A stretch of 59,778 nt of DNA from a virus (lineage: Duplodnaviria > Caudoviricetes). The translations under genes and the position numbers were made by a program. How positions within the stretch are numbered: the first letter of the stretch is position 1; every line of letters begins with the position of its first letter. Under the pieces are notes generated by a model. It did not search any database and was not told the DNA's origin. It saw only the letters and a list, made by a program, of their open reading frames with translations. Positions 15,157 to 31,991 of the stretch are shown in pieces. Location: the IMG/VR virus record IMGVR_UViG_3300020043_002033, positions 1 through 59,778 of that record. One strand, given 5' to 3'.

Positions 15157-18100
15157 CTATTTCATACTCTTTCTGATGCTCTCTGCTTGCTCGGCGTACA
15201 TAGAAATAAGCTGCTTCATCTGATCAATCTGCTCTTTCTTTGTAGCGCCGTCTAGGTTCGGATCGTTTGTCACAATCCTGATCTGTTTACGCACATTAGC
15301 CATAGACTTCGCAGTCTTGTCATACAGCTTGTTCAGTGCAATCTTGTCGCTCTTTTCTGCCAAGATTTTCTGCACCTTCTCTGCGTCACCAATCTCTGCA
15401 TAGTGCCGCATGTCTGCGTAGGCTTGCGTAATCTCTTTGTCAGCTTCGTAGAAAGCAGTGGTGTATTTGGACATATTGGAAGGCAGTGTCCTCACCAGTC
15501 CAAGGCTTGCTTTATCCATCCAGTTTGTGTCGGGGTACTCACCCTCCCTAAACGGCATGGTGGCGTACATGGATGTTGTAGATGCCATCGCACCCAGCCA
15601 GCCAAAGTATGCCTTAATGGCATAGTCCACCTGTACCGGGCTGAGTTCTCCCTTTTCTCCAAGGATAGAAGTCATGCCGCCCAATGCCTGCGCCAGCGGG
15701 CTTGTGGTGTCGGTCATTCGTTCCTGCTTAGATAGCCTTTCCATACCTGCGCTTTCAATCGGCGCTCCGGTAAAGCTGTCTTTGTTTGCGTACAAGTCCA
15801 ACAGAGGTTTGAACATCTGCGGAACAGGGTTCATGGCAAAGGTGTCAAACAGCATACGGCTGATACTGTCGCCAAACGTTTTGCCTTCTGCGCCTTGGTC
15901 AAGTATCTGTTCCAAGATACGCTCAGTCATCGTGCCGAATGCGCCAATTTCAAATGGCTTGGGTACACGCAGTGCGTAGTCCATGTTCGGTAGTTTGATC
16001 CACCAGAAGTTGTCCCTGTCCCACTCGTCACGCTTCTTAAAGTCCTCATCGTCCTTGAAGGCCATATACAAGGCCATAGACGCAAGCGCAACAGAGGTTG
16101 TTACCAAACCAAAGGAGTAGGCTTTCTGTTTGTCTGTGTAGTCAATAGGCTTGCCGGTAATGGTGTTGTACAAGACCCGGCTGGTAGGCATGATGCCATC
16201 CCGGCCAAGTTTGTAAAGGCCCTGTACCCGTGCATTCAAGAACGGTACAACCATAGTCACAGTTCTAAACGCAGGCCAAGAGCCTTGCATAGAAAAGTCC
16301 ATCAAGTCCCTAGCGTTAAACGCAGCTTCAAGGTGGCTCATCCCACCGTCTCTGAGTTGTTTATACAGAGCAAGCCGGTTAGCCGCTTCTGATTTGTTGC
16401 CAAGTTCTTGGTACTTTTCCCACAGTCCTTTTAATCCTGCTTCAATCTTGTCTTTGGTGTCAAGGATGTGTTCTGATTTCACGCCCTGTTTAAGAAGGCG
16501 CTTCACCATTTTTGCTTGGTCACCTTCGTAGGTAGAGCCAAAGTTAAAGATAGCTCCGCCAGACAGTGCTTCTATGTATGTTGGGTTATTTTTATTTGCC
16601 AACCCAATACCTAGAGCTACATTGTAGAAAGGGTCTTTTTTCAAGTCGCTCACCGCCATCGCGGCGATGGAGTCTCGGATCAAGTTGTTTGTCTTGAAGA
16701 TCGGAGAGACTGTCACGCCAAATTGCAGCATGTTCTTAAAGTCTCTAGCCACATCCAAGAACTTGCTCTTTGGCCCCATGTATCCAATGGATGTAATGGA
16801 ATCCAGAAGCATGGGGTCTAGCACTTCAAAGTACATGGCATGACCATCTTTCATGATCTTTACCATTCCTTTACCAGACTCTGTGTACTCTGGTCGCAGC
16901 TTTCCGTCGCCTACAACTTCACCTGTCTTGGTGGATATAACCTTTCCGTCCTCGTAAGCCAGTCCAGCTTTCAAGTTAGGGATGGTTGCTCCGGCTTTCA
17001 TGGTCGCCTCTACCGTGCTATCGGCAGCTTGGTTCTTCATAGAGGCAGAAAGGATGTGACTCCAGTTCCTTAGAGTGTTCTCCATCAGATCACCGAAAGG
17101 TTTGTCGCTCATGCCTTTCAGTTCTGCACTGAATTTCTGGCTAGTCAAACCAGCGGAAGATACGGCGCTCTCTATGTCTCCATCCTCCATAGCCTTGTAG
17201 AAAGGTATGTAGAAGATGTCGCTTGTAAACCTCTCGTAAGCTCCGGGGTTGTTTCTCAGGTACTCAATGCGCTCTGCTTTCTTCTTCTCACTCATATCCG
17301 TGCGAGATTCAAGTTCTGCAATCTCTCGTTTGGATGAGTTGATAAGACCCATATTCAACGCAACGTCCAGCACAGATTTGTTCAGAGCGTTCATGTCTCT
17401 TTGTACGCTCTTATAAACTTCTATGCGTGGTTTGCCGTTCAGCATTCCTTGGGATAGCTGGTCTTTTTCTTTAGCCAGTTCAGTTAGCTCAGGTGACTTC
17501 TTATTGTCTGGCAGGTTTGATTCCCGGTTCAAAGCAATCCACATCATGTAGCGGTCTGTCTCGTTACCTACTGGCTTCAAAGCCTCCATCAAACCTTTGG
17601 TGTTTTTCTTGATGTTCAGCGCACCATCGTCATTGAATACGTGGCCGTGGAACATCAGTCCTTCCAAAGCTCCATCTTGGGTCTTGGACATACGCGCCAG
17701 CATGTAGGAGCGCATGTCGTAGTCTTTGATGGTTCTGTACTGGTCTGCTATTCCTTGTGCTGCTCGTCTCCAGAACCCGTCTTTCATTCCATCAATCTTG
17801 TCGATGATGGTTTTGCTTTGGGGATTGAATACTTTTCCAAGTCTTTCAATGTACTCTGGATCAACATCAGCCAGAGCTTCTTTGTTGATGGGCTGACGCT
17901 TCTGTAGGAGTTGTTGAGCTTTCTCTTTTGCTTTGTCTGCTTGAGAACGTAGGCTCTTTGCTTCACCCCTAGCTTCCCGTGCGCCAGCTTTGAGTTCGCC
18001 TTTTTCTACCTTGCCAAAAATCTGTTCGGCAGATTCCACTTTTGTGAGAGCAGATTTAATTGCTTGGAACAAACTACGCAGTCTGTTCAGCAAAGCCTGT

Positions 18101-21100
18101 AGCATCCCTGCTGGTGGTTTGGTAGCGTCAAAGTCCGCAAAGGCGTCAGCAACTGCCTCTTCGGTGATCTTCTCCATATCCCCTTTGTACTCACGCATGT
18201 AAGCGTCGTACCGGGATTCTTCGCCAGCTTTCAGTGGTTTACCGTCTACGTTTCTTTGCTTTAGGTATTGGTCAATCCACTTGTTCTTTGCCATGTTTGA
18301 CAAAGAGTTCCACTGGGCGTCAGTAAAGAATCCTAGTTCTCTCAGGGCGTGGATGGATTCATGCCGCAGGGTACGGATGGGGTTGGCGACATCGGCAGCA
18401 ACGCGGATAAGTTGTGCTGCGTAAGAGCCTTCGTCCCTCATTCCTTCTATGAGGTTTAGTCCTACTTGGTTTAGGCCAAACTTGTTTAGTAGATTACGGA
18501 GGGTTTGTTCAAAGTCTTTTACCTGACTGGTTGTATCTGCCCCGCGTTTGCTGAACAGGGGCAAGCCTTCGGTTTGCACTTTGCTCCGCATGGCGTCGGT
18601 GATGTCGAAGCCGGGTTGCTCAAACAATCGCCCATCGCGTCTCGCGGCAGGTTTTGCATCTTCTGGCAATGATTTTCCAACTATGCCTTGTTTATATACT
18701 TCGACACTCTTGATTCGCTCTCCGCCCAACTTAGGCAGCAGCTTGTTAAGTGCTTGCGGTACTATCTTGTCGTAGAAGGTCTTCATACCTTCGCCGCCGA
18801 CTTTGAGGTCAACACCAGAGAGGTCATGCACCCGGAAGCCAATCCCAGCGCGACGTGTTACCTTTGGCTTCTGTTGGAATAACTTCGCAGCAACTTCTTT
18901 CCCAACATAGTCTTCGATCTGAATTGGGTCGGAGATTTGCTGCTCCATTACTTTTTTATCGTTGTAATCGCGGGCAACCAGTACGCCGCTGCCAATAGGA
19001 CCATCAAGTCTAGGATCGCCAACGCCGCCGCTGCGGTTGTCAAGGTACTGCACGGACGCAATTTGCTTGCTCAGGTCATACCTTTCAGCAGACTGCTCAC
19101 CGTTTACAAATGCCACCTTGTCATAGCCACCTTCTGCTGCCATGACCATGATGCGCTTGAGGGCTAGGTTTAGCCAGCCTTCTGTTTTGGTAACGAATGG
19201 GGCTGTGGGGATTGCAGACTCTGATGCTGCGGATCGAAGAGATGCCATTTGATCAGACAGTGCGTCACGCTCTTCTGCGATCTTTTGCACACGGTCTTGC
19301 AGTTCTGCGAACCTGTCGTTGTAATCAGGAAGGTCTGCCATCTCCTTCTCTGCCGCCCTGCGCTCGGCTCCAAGAGCGTCATAGCGAGACACAAGGTCGT
19401 CCATTTTCTGTTTGGCTTCAGGGTCTGAGAACCCCTTCTTCTTCCCCTCTTGTCCCCAATCAGACTGAAGCTCTTCAACAAACAGCACCTTCTTGCCATT
19501 TGCGTCAGTGCGGTCGTTTACACGTATGTGGGCAAGAACATTGGGTTGTTGCCAATGAGATGACATGTAAGGAGTTGGCGACTTATCGTCGTCAATTTTC
19601 CTATGCACATTTTTCTTTTGCTCAGAAGAAAGTTGAGAATACTCTTTGCCATACAAAATACGGGCTGCTTGTACCGGCGATATACCGGCAACAGGATTAG
19701 TGCTTGGCAGCGTCAGAAGTACTTCGCGGTAGTTCTCACCACCGGGAATGACGTACTGTTCATATCTGCTTGGTTTTTGTTCAGCCTCAGATTTTTGAAC
19801 CCGATCTACAGTTTCTTGGTAACGCTCTTGATCTTTTTTAGACAGCATTTCAGGGAAACTGTCTTTGATCCTACGGAAATTCCCTTCAGGTCCAGATATG
19901 TCATAGATCGCATCAAGACCATATTTATCAGTCATTTCGTCAATGAAGTCGTCCACCTCAAAATTGGGTTCAACTTCATTTTTCAGCACCGTCTCTTCAA
20001 CCTTTACACCACCTTCTTTCAGGTAGTCCAAGATTGCTTGCTTGGTAACTTTGCCTTTTTGCAGGTCAAGGAAGTCGTTTACACCAGACCATTCGATCTC
20101 ATCAGGCTTGACTCCCTTGGTGGTCAGCGCCTTGATCATGGTTTTCCATTGCTCTGCTGGTGCTTGGTTTGGTCCAAGCGCTCCTATTTTTGATGCAAGC
20201 TCACTGTAAAAGCCTAGTTTTCCACGCAGGGAGAACATAGACTTTTGCCCAGCGGCTTCTGCCACATCAACGGGGCGGTCACTTCCCGTCAGGGTAAATT
20301 CACCTACCTCTTTGTCTGCTTTAGCTTTCTCTCTTGCTGCTTTTTCTTCGGCAGCAATGCGCTTCTCTTCTGCGGCTGCGCGTTCTTTTTGGGCTTTTAG
20401 TCCCTCTGGGGTGGGCGATGTTAGTCCTTCTTCAGCACCTTCTTCAGCAACTCGATTGTCGCTTTCGGGGGCAATGATCTCAGCTTCTTGATCAATTGCT
20501 CTTTGTTTTTCGATTGCTTCTTCAAGGAGGTAGTTTGCATCGTCAATTCCTAGTAGTTCACGTACTTCTGCTTCTGCTTCTTCAATGCTGCCAAACGCTT
20601 GTTTAAGAGCAACTTCGGTTTCGTATGAGTAATACTTACCGTTGCGGAGTTTTTCTTTGATGTACTCGGTGGCGTCTGTTTCGTCAAATGGCTCATTGGG
20701 GTTCTGCATACTTTGCCGCATGTTGTACGGCAAGAATTCATCTAGCTGTCCGTCTGCAACCAAGTCACCAATAGGTACGCCGCCGTTCTTTCCACGCAGG
20801 GCAATAAACTTCAGATCAGGGCTGATGTCGGTTACATCACTTTTAGTAAGCCGTCCGCGCAAGGCAGTCCATAGACTCATGCCCGGTTTCTTTTCAATTC
20901 GCCTGATCTCTTTTTCAATCGGCTCAACTGTTTCCGCTTCCCGCTGCCTAGCTTCCGTTAGCTGGATGCTCTCAGGCATTTTTTCTCCCTCGATGGGAGT
21001 GGCTTCTACGAAAGGCGGCGGTTCATTCTCAAACGTTTGAGAACGATTTACGAGTTCACTATCTTGCGGAGCGCTAGGCTCAGTGCTAACCGGCGGTCGT

Positions 21101-22776
21101 ACGGCTGCACTTTCATCAACTCCTTGGCTGACGGGAGCTTCTTGGATTCCCTTGCTTGGCGCAACAGTCTCTGCTCTAGCGGGTTGGGGTGGAAGTTGTT
21201 CACGTTCTTGCCTTTCTTTTATCAGGGCTTCCATTTGCTGGTTTTCAGCAAACCTATCTACTGGAGCTTGTGGTAGCTGCGGCAGGTTCACAAAGTTTGT
21301 AAACGCTTGTGCCATGCCCATGATGTTTTGAATACGGCCACGCTCTTGCTCGGACAGCGGCGCTTCGTTAATCAGCTTGAGCTTGCTGTTGATATCGTTA
21401 ATTGCCGTGCTGGCAAATTGGATATTGTTATCAAGCAAACTTTGAGCGCGGGCAATAATCCTGCCCTCTCTGATCCGTGCGTCAGTATCAACAATGGCGT
21501 TGTCCATTGTCTCTTTGGCACTTTGATCTTGGATGGTTGCAAGAGCTTGTTGCTGCTGCTGTTTGATTTTTAACTGGGCTTCTTCGTTGGCTCTAAGAGC
21601 TTCAGCATCTTGGTTCAACAAGCTCTGAATGATGGCCGTCTCATGCTCGTCTTTAATCCTAGCTACGTCTTGCTGTGTAGTAGGCGGTGCCGTTTGAATT
21701 TGTTTTTGTACGCCAGCTATTACGTCTTCAGGCCGCTCTGCTACTGCTCGTTGCTGCTGATAGATTCGTTTCTGCTCTGGGGTAAGTTGCTCCAGTCCAG
21801 TCTCTATCGGGGCTTCAGTGGCTTCCGGTTTAACTTCTGGCGTAACTTCAGGAGGCTTTACTTCAGGTGCTTCTGGTTTAGCCAATACGCGAGATGCTGC
21901 ACCCCCAACTCCACCGATGGCAGCAGCGCCAGCAGCAGCTTCTTTGTATTCCCTCTTTGCGTCTTCGTCTGTCAGAGATAGGCCAGCCTGCCAGCGCTCG
22001 GCGGCTTGTTCCAATACTTCTGTAGGTGCTTCTGCAACAATACCTAGTGTTGCCCCCTTTACTGCACGGCCAGCAACTCCAGACGTTCTTTTGGCTAGTT
22101 CTGCTGAGATTTCAGCGCCAATAGCTTTGGTCGGAAGTTTAGAAAGGCCAAGCGTAAATCTATCTGCAAAATACCCAATCGGAGCAGATACAGCAGAAGC
22201 AACGGCAGCTTTACCCGGCTCAAGCGTTTCACCAGTAGCACCTTCTTCAGCTTGGCGGCGCATGAATTGTCCAAACTGCTGAACTCCATACGTTCCTATA
22301 CCTGCCAAAGGTGCAACTACAGGAGCTAATGGGCCAGACATTGCACCAGCAGCAGCACCAGCAGCAAGAGGTACAGCCATACTAGGCGCACTCTGAAGCA
22401 CTTGCTCAGTGATAAATGAGGGTGCTTTTTTCAGGGCAGACATCAGCCCTTCTTTTTCGTAAGCCTTCTCAATGGATTCCCAAGATGTTCCTTGAGGTTC
22501 GGTGGCTTCTTTCTTTGCTTGCTCTCTTATTGCTGCTGCTTGTTCTCCTGCACTAGACATTCCCAGTGCGGATTTAATGCCCAGCCCAACGCCAGCAAAG
22601 CTCTCTGGTACAGCTTCAAATCCTTTTACGGCGGCGCGTTTTGCGCCCTCCATAAAGGTAGGTGCTGGCTTGTAGTTTTGTGCAGCTATCTGCTGAAGTT
22701 CAAAGTCTGTTGCATCATCTGGTCCTTCAATTTGGAGGATAGAGCCATCAGGGGCTTGTACTTTGAAGATAGCCAT
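15157..22776 (-). CDS. 2539-aa large polyvalent internal virion protein with HExxH module and C-terminal LPD38-like domain
   Basis: [10 protein letters not shown] zincin motif; DRDNFWWIK...[12 protein letters not shown]38-like signature; last gene of the morphogenesis operon. Confidence 0.75.
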   Translation of the reverse strand: MAIFKVQAPDGSILQIEGPDDATDFELQQIAAQNYKPAPTFMEGAKRAAVKGFEAVPESFAGVGLGIKSALGMSSAGEQAAAIREQAKKEATEPQGTSWESIEKAYEKEGLMSALKKAPSFITEQVLQSAPSMAVPLAAGAAAGAMSGPLAPVVAPLAGIGTYGVQQFGQFMRRQAEEGATGETLEPGKAAVASAVSAPIGYFADRFTLGLSKLPTKAIGAEISAELAKRTSGVAGRAVKGATLGIVAEAPTEVLEQAAERWQAGLSLTDEDAKREYKEAAAGAAAIGGVGGAASRVLAKPEAPEVKPPEVTPEVKPEATEAPIETGLEQLTPEQKRIYQQQRAVAERPEDVIAGVQKQIQTAPPTTQQDVARIKDEHETAIIQSLLNQDAEALRANEEAQLKIKQQQQQALATIQDQSAKETMDNAIVDTDARIREGRIIARAQSLLDNNIQFASTAINDINSKLKLINEAPLSEQERGRIQNIMGMAQAFTNFVNLPQLPQAPVDRFAENQQMEALIKERQEREQLPPQPARAETVAPSKGIQEAPVSQGVDESAAVRPPVSTEPSAPQDSELVNRSQTFENEPPPFVEATPIEGEKMPESIQLTEARQREAETVEPIEKEIRRIEKKPGMSLWTALRGRLTKSDVTDISPDLKFIALRGKNGGVPIGDLVADGQLDEFLPYNMRQSMQNPNEPFDETDATEYIKEKLRNGKYYSYETEVALKQAFGSIEEAEAEVRELLGIDDANYLLEEAIEKQRAIDQEAEIIAPESDNRVAEEGAEEGLTSPTPEGLKAQKERAAAEEKRIAAEEKAAREKAKADKEVGEFTLTGSDRPVDVAEAAGQKSMFSLRGKLGFYSELASKIGALGPNQAPAEQWKTMIKALTTKGVKPDEIEWSGVNDFLDLQKGKVTKQAILDYLKEGGVKVEETVLKNEVEPNFEVDDFIDEMTDKYGLDAIYDISGPEGNFRRIKDSFPEMLSKKDQERYQETVDRVQKSEAEQKPSRYEQYVIPGGENYREVLLTLPSTNPVAGISPVQAARILYGKEYSQLSSEQKKNVHRKIDDDKSPTPYMSSHWQQPNVLAHIRVNDRTDANGKKVLFVEELQSDWGQEGKKKGFSDPEAKQKMDDLVSRYDALGAERRAAEKEMADLPDYNDRFAELQDRVQKIAEERDALSDQMASLRSAASESAIPTAPFVTKTEGWLNLALKRIMVMAAEGGYDKVAFVNGEQSAERYDLSKQIASVQYLDNRSGGVGDPRLDGPIGSGVLVARDYNDKKVMEQQISDPIQIEDYVGKEVAAKLFQQKPKVTRRAGIGFRVHDLSGVDLKVGGEGMKTFYDKIVPQALNKLLPKLGGERIKSVEVYKQGIVGKSLPEDAKPAARRDGRLFEQPGFDITDAMRSKVQTEGLPLFSKRGADTTSQVKDFEQTLRNLLNKFGLNQVGLNLIEGMRDEGSYAAQLIRVAADVANPIRTLRHESIHALRELGFFTDAQWNSLSNMAKNKWIDQYLKQRNVDGKPLKAGEESRYDAYMREYKGDMEKITEEAVADAFADFDATKPPAGMLQALLNRLRSLFQAIKSALTKVESAEQIFGKVEKGELKAGAREARGEAKSLRSQADKAKEKAQQLLQKRQPINKEALADVDPEYIERLGKVFNPQSKTIIDKIDGMKDGFWRRAAQGIADQYRTIKDYDMRSYMLARMSKTQDGALEGLMFHGHVFNDDGALNIKKNTKGLMEALKPVGNETDRYMMWIALNRESNLPDNKKSPELTELAKEKDQLSQGMLNGKPRIEVYKSVQRDMNALNKSVLDVALNMGLINSSKREIAELESRTDMSEKKKAERIEYLRNNPGAYERFTSDIFYIPFYKAMEDGDIESAVSSAGLTSQKFSAELKGMSDKPFGDLMENTLRNWSHILSASMKNQAADSTVEATMKAGATIPNLKAGLAYEDGKVISTKTGEVVGDGKLRPEYTESGKGMVKIMKDGHAMYFEVLDPMLLDSITSIGYMGPKSKFLDVARDFKNMLQFGVTVSPIFKTNNLIRDSIAAMAVSDLKKDPFYNVALGIGLANKNNPTYIEALSGGAIFNFGSTYEGDQAKMVKRLLKQGVKSEHILDTKDKIEAGLKGLWEKYQELGNKSEAANRLALYKQLRDGGMSHLEAAFNARDLMDFSMQGSWPAFRTVTMVVPFLNARVQGLYKLGRDGIMPTSRVLYNTITGKPIDYTDKQKAYSFGLVTTSVALASMALYMAFKDDEDFKKRDEWDRDNFWWIKLPNMDYALRVPKPFEIGAFGTMTERILEQILDQGAEGKTFGDSISRMLFDTFAMNPVPQMFKPLLDLYANKDSFTGAPIESAGMERLSKQERMTDTTSPLAQALGGMTSILGEKGELSPVQVDYAIKAYFGWLGAMASTTSMYATMPFREGEYPDTNWMDKASLGLVRTLPSNMSKYTTAFYEADKEITQAYADMRHYAEIGDAEKVQKILAEKSDKIALNKLYDKTAKSMANVRKQIRIVTNDPNLDGATKKEQIDQMKQLISMYAEQAESIRKSMK
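21022..21050. repeat. 29-bp palindromic site, copy 2 (inside the giant ORF)
   Basis: Perfect 18-bp palindrome TTCTCAAACGTTTGAGAA at 21026-21043. Confidence 0.75.
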
Positions 22777-22786
22777 TTATGTACTC

Positions 22787-24616
22787 TTATCGAATAACTT
22801 TGAACTGGGCCGCTCGGCTTGGGTCAATTGTAGGCGCGGCAGACCCGGCGCTTAATGTTACGTTGCCACCCATTTTTGCAATAGCTTCACGTACCTTATC
22901 AAGGTCTTGCTGAAGAGCTGCGCGTCTACGTTTTTCTTCTGGAGTTGAAATCATTGGATCAATTTTTCCAATTTCTGCCGTCAACTCTCTTCCAATCGTG
23001 CTAAGTTCTCTTAGCGTTTGCATCTTCTCATCTCTAGATGCTCTTGTATCTGCTGCTCTGGCTGTTAGTTGAGCTGCTTGATATTGCAAATCTTGGCCGC
23101 GTCGCTCTGTAACATCCCGGTTAGCAGAAGTTTTGGCCGCTTGGGCTGTAGAGTAGCCAGAGCTTGCGCCTTGAATTTGATCCGAGATAGCTTTTGCTTT
23201 CCGCTCATCGCCCTTCTCAATCATGTCAAGCATAGCTTTCTGCTTGGCAGTTGCTTCGCCACGACGGGTAGCTTCAACGGCAGTCATTACCTTATCTTGG
23301 TAAGCTGCTTGTGCTGCATCGGCTGCGCGTTCGCTCTCTACGGCACCGAGATACCCTGTACCAAACCCGCCCATACCGCCTTTACCAGCAGCACCAAGAA
23401 CTTTCATTAGTCGCTCATACGGGCGATCTTCTTGGCTCTTTGCATACTGTTCTTGCTGTTGCTTCAAACGCGCAAGTTGCTCAAGGCCAGCAGGTTTTCT
23501 AAGCTCATCAGACATCGTGGCTTCGTATCGTGCCTTGGCCTGCTCTGCTGTCATTCCTTGTTCGGCCTTAGCGCGTTCGATACCTTGAGACAGAGATTGT
23601 TCAAACCCACTAGGTAGAGATGCCACGCCTGCTTGGGGTGCGGGTTGGGGTGCAGTTGCCGCAGCCTGTGGCTCGGGCGGAGTCAGTGCTGCCGTTGCGC
23701 CTTTTGGCCCACGGATATTGAATACTGGAACGCCAATCCCTTCTTTTTCGGCATCGGCACGAAGAACCGCTTCCAGTTCTGGCGTCATTTGAATTGGTAC
23801 ATTCTGCGTATTGCCAGCGTCCCGTCCAACTTGACCGCCTGCCGGAACGGTTGATGCCGCAGTCGGTGCTGGCCTCAGCCCACTCTGACCTCCGGGAACA
23901 AAAATACTTCCTATACCCTGTGACTCAGGCATAGGCTTACCTCCTTGTAGAGGTGCCGTTGTTGGTTTTGGGCTTCCGAAATATGGTTTGTTCATACCAG
24001 ATTGCTGCAACTCAGCTTGGTATGTAGTCATCGCATCTTTTACAGCTTGCTGCGCTTCTGCTGCTTCTTTCTGCGCTTGTTGGTAGCCTTGAGGGTCTTG
24101 CTTTTGCTGGTTCAATCCGTAGCTTCGGAGCTTGGCAATTGCCTGTTCTGCGCGTTCTTTAACTGCGTCAAGATTTGCTCCAGTTTCTCCGCCATCTGCA
24201 AACCCAATCACACCACCTTGGCGGTAGTTAAACATCTGTGGATTGATAGATAGACGGGCAATACCGCCACCAGCCATCATTTGCGGCTGCGGTTGTGCTT
24301 CTGGCTGAGGTACACCTTGTGGTACAGCTTGTGGGGCTTGTGCCATCTGCTGCATCATCTGCTGCTGGGCTGCTTGCTGCTGTTGAGCTTGCAAGGCCAT
24401 CAGTCCAGCCTTTTGCTGCATCTGCTCAATCACGCTTGGCTGCGGACCTTGTGCTGCACCTTGTGCCATGCCTGCTTTTTGTTGGGCAGTCATGCGTTCG
24501 TTAAGAACAGCAGCCGCCAGCCAAGGTGGAGTGTTGGGGTCTTGACCCTGCGCTTTAGCTTGCAACGCTGGCAAGGGAAGCATCCGCAAATCGTCTTGCA
24601 GTTGTACGAGATTCAT
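22787..24616 (-). CDS. putative internal virion (DNA ejection) protein
   Basis: Q/A-rich helical 609 aa with MAGGGIA and FADGG motifs; position among ejection genes. Confidence 0.65.
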   Translation of the reverse strand: MNLVQLQDDLRMLPLPALQAKAQGQDPNTPPWLAAAVLNERMTAQQKAGMAQGAAQGPQPSVIEQMQQKAGLMALQAQQQQAAQQQMMQQMAQAPQAVPQGVPQPEAQPQPQMMAGGGIARLSINPQMFNYRQGGVIGFADGGETGANLDAVKERAEQAIAKLRSYGLNQQKQDPQGYQQAQKEAAEAQQAVKDAMTTYQAELQQSGMNKPYFGSPKPTTAPLQGGKPMPESQGIGSIFVPGGQSGLRPAPTAASTVPAGGQVGRDAGNTQNVPIQMTPELEAVLRADAEKEGIGVPVFNIRGPKGATAALTPPEPQAAATAPQPAPQAGVASLPSGFEQSLSQGIERAKAEQGMTAEQAKARYEATMSDELRKPAGLEQLARLKQQQEQYAKSQEDRPYERLMKVLGAAGKGGMGGFGTGYLGAVESERAADAAQAAYQDKVMTAVEATRRGEATAKQKAMLDMIEKGDERKAKAISDQIQGASSGYSTAQAAKTSANRDVTERRGQDLQYQAAQLTARAADTRASRDEKMQTLRELSTIGRELTAEIGKIDPMISTPEEKRRRAALQQDLDKVREAIAKMGGNVTLSAGSAAPTIDPSRAAQFKVIR

Positions 24617-24628
24617 GTCAGTTCCTAT

Positions 24629-26503
24629 TTACGGCTGAGGAGTGGTAGTGGTCGGTACTTGTCCCAACCCAGCAAGCGTTTTGTAAAGACCCATCAAACC
24701 TTGAATCTGAGAGCTTATGTTGCTAACCCCAGTCGTGTTAGCCGTCGTAGCAGCAGACGTAATTGGCAGACCCTGTAGCAAGTCTTTCTGGTACTGAGCC
24801 ATCTTGTACGGGTAGTCTCTTTGCTCTTCAAATTGAGCTTTGTCTGCTGCGATACCCTCGCCAGTGATGCCGCGCTGCACTGCCCCGAGGTTAGCCAGTT
24901 CTCCAAGAGACTTGAGGCCGTACTCTGCGCTGTATTGACGCGATGCTTCTCCTGCTTTTTCTGCGCCCAGCCTGCGGTCCTGTTCGGTGTTGAACTGACC
25001 CATTGCTTTATCGTAGGCAGTTTGATAGCCTTGTCCGATTGCTTGGCCTTGTTTCTCCAGCAGGTTACGGCGTGCTTCAGATTCCATAATGGCCTGTCGG
25101 CTACCGCCAAACGCACCAGCTTTTGAAAGCCTAGCGGCATCGTCCAGTCGGGCAATGTCAGACTGCCTCTTCATCTCTGCAAGTTGCGGGTTCAGCGCAG
25201 CAGAGATATATGGGTTCATGTACTGCTGGGCTTGTTGAGCGCCAAACGTACCGCCTTGGTATTGCTGAGGTGCATACCCTGCGCCAGCCAGTGAGCCAAT
25301 TCCAGCAAAGGCTTGTTGCTGCAAGTCAGATGCACCAGCAGTCAGTGGCCCTTGATAGGCTTGGAATGGCGTATTGGCAAGGGCTTGGCCTTTACCCAAG
25401 TATCCGGTTACGTAGTCTCCTGCCCAAGGAGATAGGCTAGAAGATGTAGATGTACCCAGCGGTGCAGTTGCAGTCGTGCTTAGTGGTCCTGCTGTTGGAG
25501 TTGCAGTGGGTACAAGATCGCCGGTAGCAAACTTTTGCACCGCGCCGCCACTTGCATAGCCAGCCAGTCCACCCGGCATGAACTTGTCAGGGTTTATACG
25601 TTTACCTTGTTGAGTGGTTCCAGTTCTAGCTTTGCGAACCTTGTCCATCATGGCGTAGAGCTTTTCTGCACCAGCTTCAGAGTTACCGTTGCCTAGATGC
25701 GACACCACATCCGCAGGGATTACAAACTCACCATGGCTCAAAGCAGCGGGGTCTTTGCCGTCGATAGAGGTTGGAATTTCATCTGCCATTCCATCGGTGC
25801 TACCGGCAAGGTATCTACCTTTAGCCATAGCTGCAATTCCACCGTCTGCCATGTTAAGACTTTCTGCTTTGGGTACTGGCATAAGCTGGGCAACGCCAGA
25901 TGCAGGCGCTGCTGCTGGTGCCGGGGTGGGTGCTGGAGGATTCCATTGTGCTTTGAACTGTCCTGCGTAAGGGTTTACTTGTGCAGGTCTTTGCGGCATA
26001 GCTGCGGCAATTCCTTGTGCTTGGGTGGCTGCTGCTGTCTGGGCTGCTGCCGCATCGGCAGGTGCGGTGTATTGCGTGTCAGTAAAGTACTGGCGTCCAG
26101 CTTCTCCGGGTCGGCGGTTTGGATCAGCAGCGTAGGGTACTTGGGCGCGTGTGGCAGTTAGTTGCGGTATGGGCTTGTTGTAGCCACCTGTTTGCACTTG
26201 GTTGCCACCCATAAGTCCGTAAATCGCCGCAGCGGCGGTGCCTAGCCCAGCAAGGTTTAGGTCACTTGTTCCGGGTTTGAACAGCAGAGATTTGATAGCA
26301 TTCCCTGCTGCATCCCCAAACTTGGAAACAACAGTGTCTACAACACTTTGCGCTTGGGCAGGAGTAGTAATGGTATCTAGCGCTCGACTAGGATCAGAAT
26401 ATATCGCCGACAGCCATGCGTTATCACCGGCATCTGTCTCGGCACCCCAATCGTATGAAGGTACATACTCGTCATACCACGAAGTGCTTCCATAGTCTTC
26501 CAT
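24629..26503 (-). CDS. putative DNA transfer/ejection protein
   Basis: DG.AD.IP....ALS.GEFVIPADVV segment; PFQAYQGP...QQYMNPY...GAFGGSRQAI podoviral pilot-like segment. Confidence 0.7.
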   Translation of the reverse strand: MEDYGSTSWYDEYVPSYDWGAETDAGDNAWLSAIYSDPSRALDTITTPAQAQSVVDTVVSKFGDAAGNAIKSLLFKPGTSDLNLAGLGTAAAAIYGLMGGNQVQTGGYNKPIPQLTATRAQVPYAADPNRRPGEAGRQYFTDTQYTAPADAAAAQTAAATQAQGIAAAMPQRPAQVNPYAGQFKAQWNPPAPTPAPAAAPASGVAQLMPVPKAESLNMADGGIAAMAKGRYLAGSTDGMADEIPTSIDGKDPAALSHGEFVIPADVVSHLGNGNSEAGAEKLYAMMDKVRKARTGTTQQGKRINPDKFMPGGLAGYASGGAVQKFATGDLVPTATPTAGPLSTTATAPLGTSTSSSLSPWAGDYVTGYLGKGQALANTPFQAYQGPLTAGASDLQQQAFAGIGSLAGAGYAPQQYQGGTFGAQQAQQYMNPYISAALNPQLAEMKRQSDIARLDDAARLSKAGAFGGSRQAIMESEARRNLLEKQGQAIGQGYQTAYDKAMGQFNTEQDRRLGAEKAGEASRQYSAEYGLKSLGELANLGAVQRGITGEGIAADKAQFEEQRDYPYKMAQYQKDLLQGLPITSAATTANTTGVSNISSQIQGLMGLYKTLAGLGQVPTTTTPQP

Positions 26504-26514
26504 ATCAAACCTCT

Positions 26515-31577
<5,063 letters not shown>

Positions 31578-31581
<4 letters not shown>

Positions 31582-31985
31582 AGCTTCATCCCTACAACTT
31601 GATATTTGGCATGAAGCCCAAGCCTACGAACCAAGCGAACCATAGAAGGACGCACACTACCTTCAATTGCAGTAGCGCCATTCTTCATAAAGAGATTTTT
31701 GACCTGTTCCCAAGCATTGGTGAACACGATGGAATTTCCACCAAGGACAAAAATAAAAGCTACCCGGTCGTTCATTCGGTTTTGGTATTGCATTGCCATT
31801 GCACCAATAATAACCCCATCCTCTTCAGCCACGATGAGCGCCCAGCGGTTCATAAAAACTTCCGTTCGCATCTGCTCAAGAGAGTAGCTTTGTGAGGCTT
31901 TTGCCACAACATCCGCAAAAAACTTCTCAACCTTGGGCCATGTCTGGTGTACAAGTTGAGGGGAGATTTGCGATACGACTATCAT
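31578..31985 (-). CDS. hypothetical protein, possible GNAT-fold
   Basis: W..VE.F...EQ...W.L......GA......AFI..LGG...GAT.IEG..R pattern; between tail and ejection genes. Confidence 0.55.
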
Positions 31986-31991
31986 TTATGG

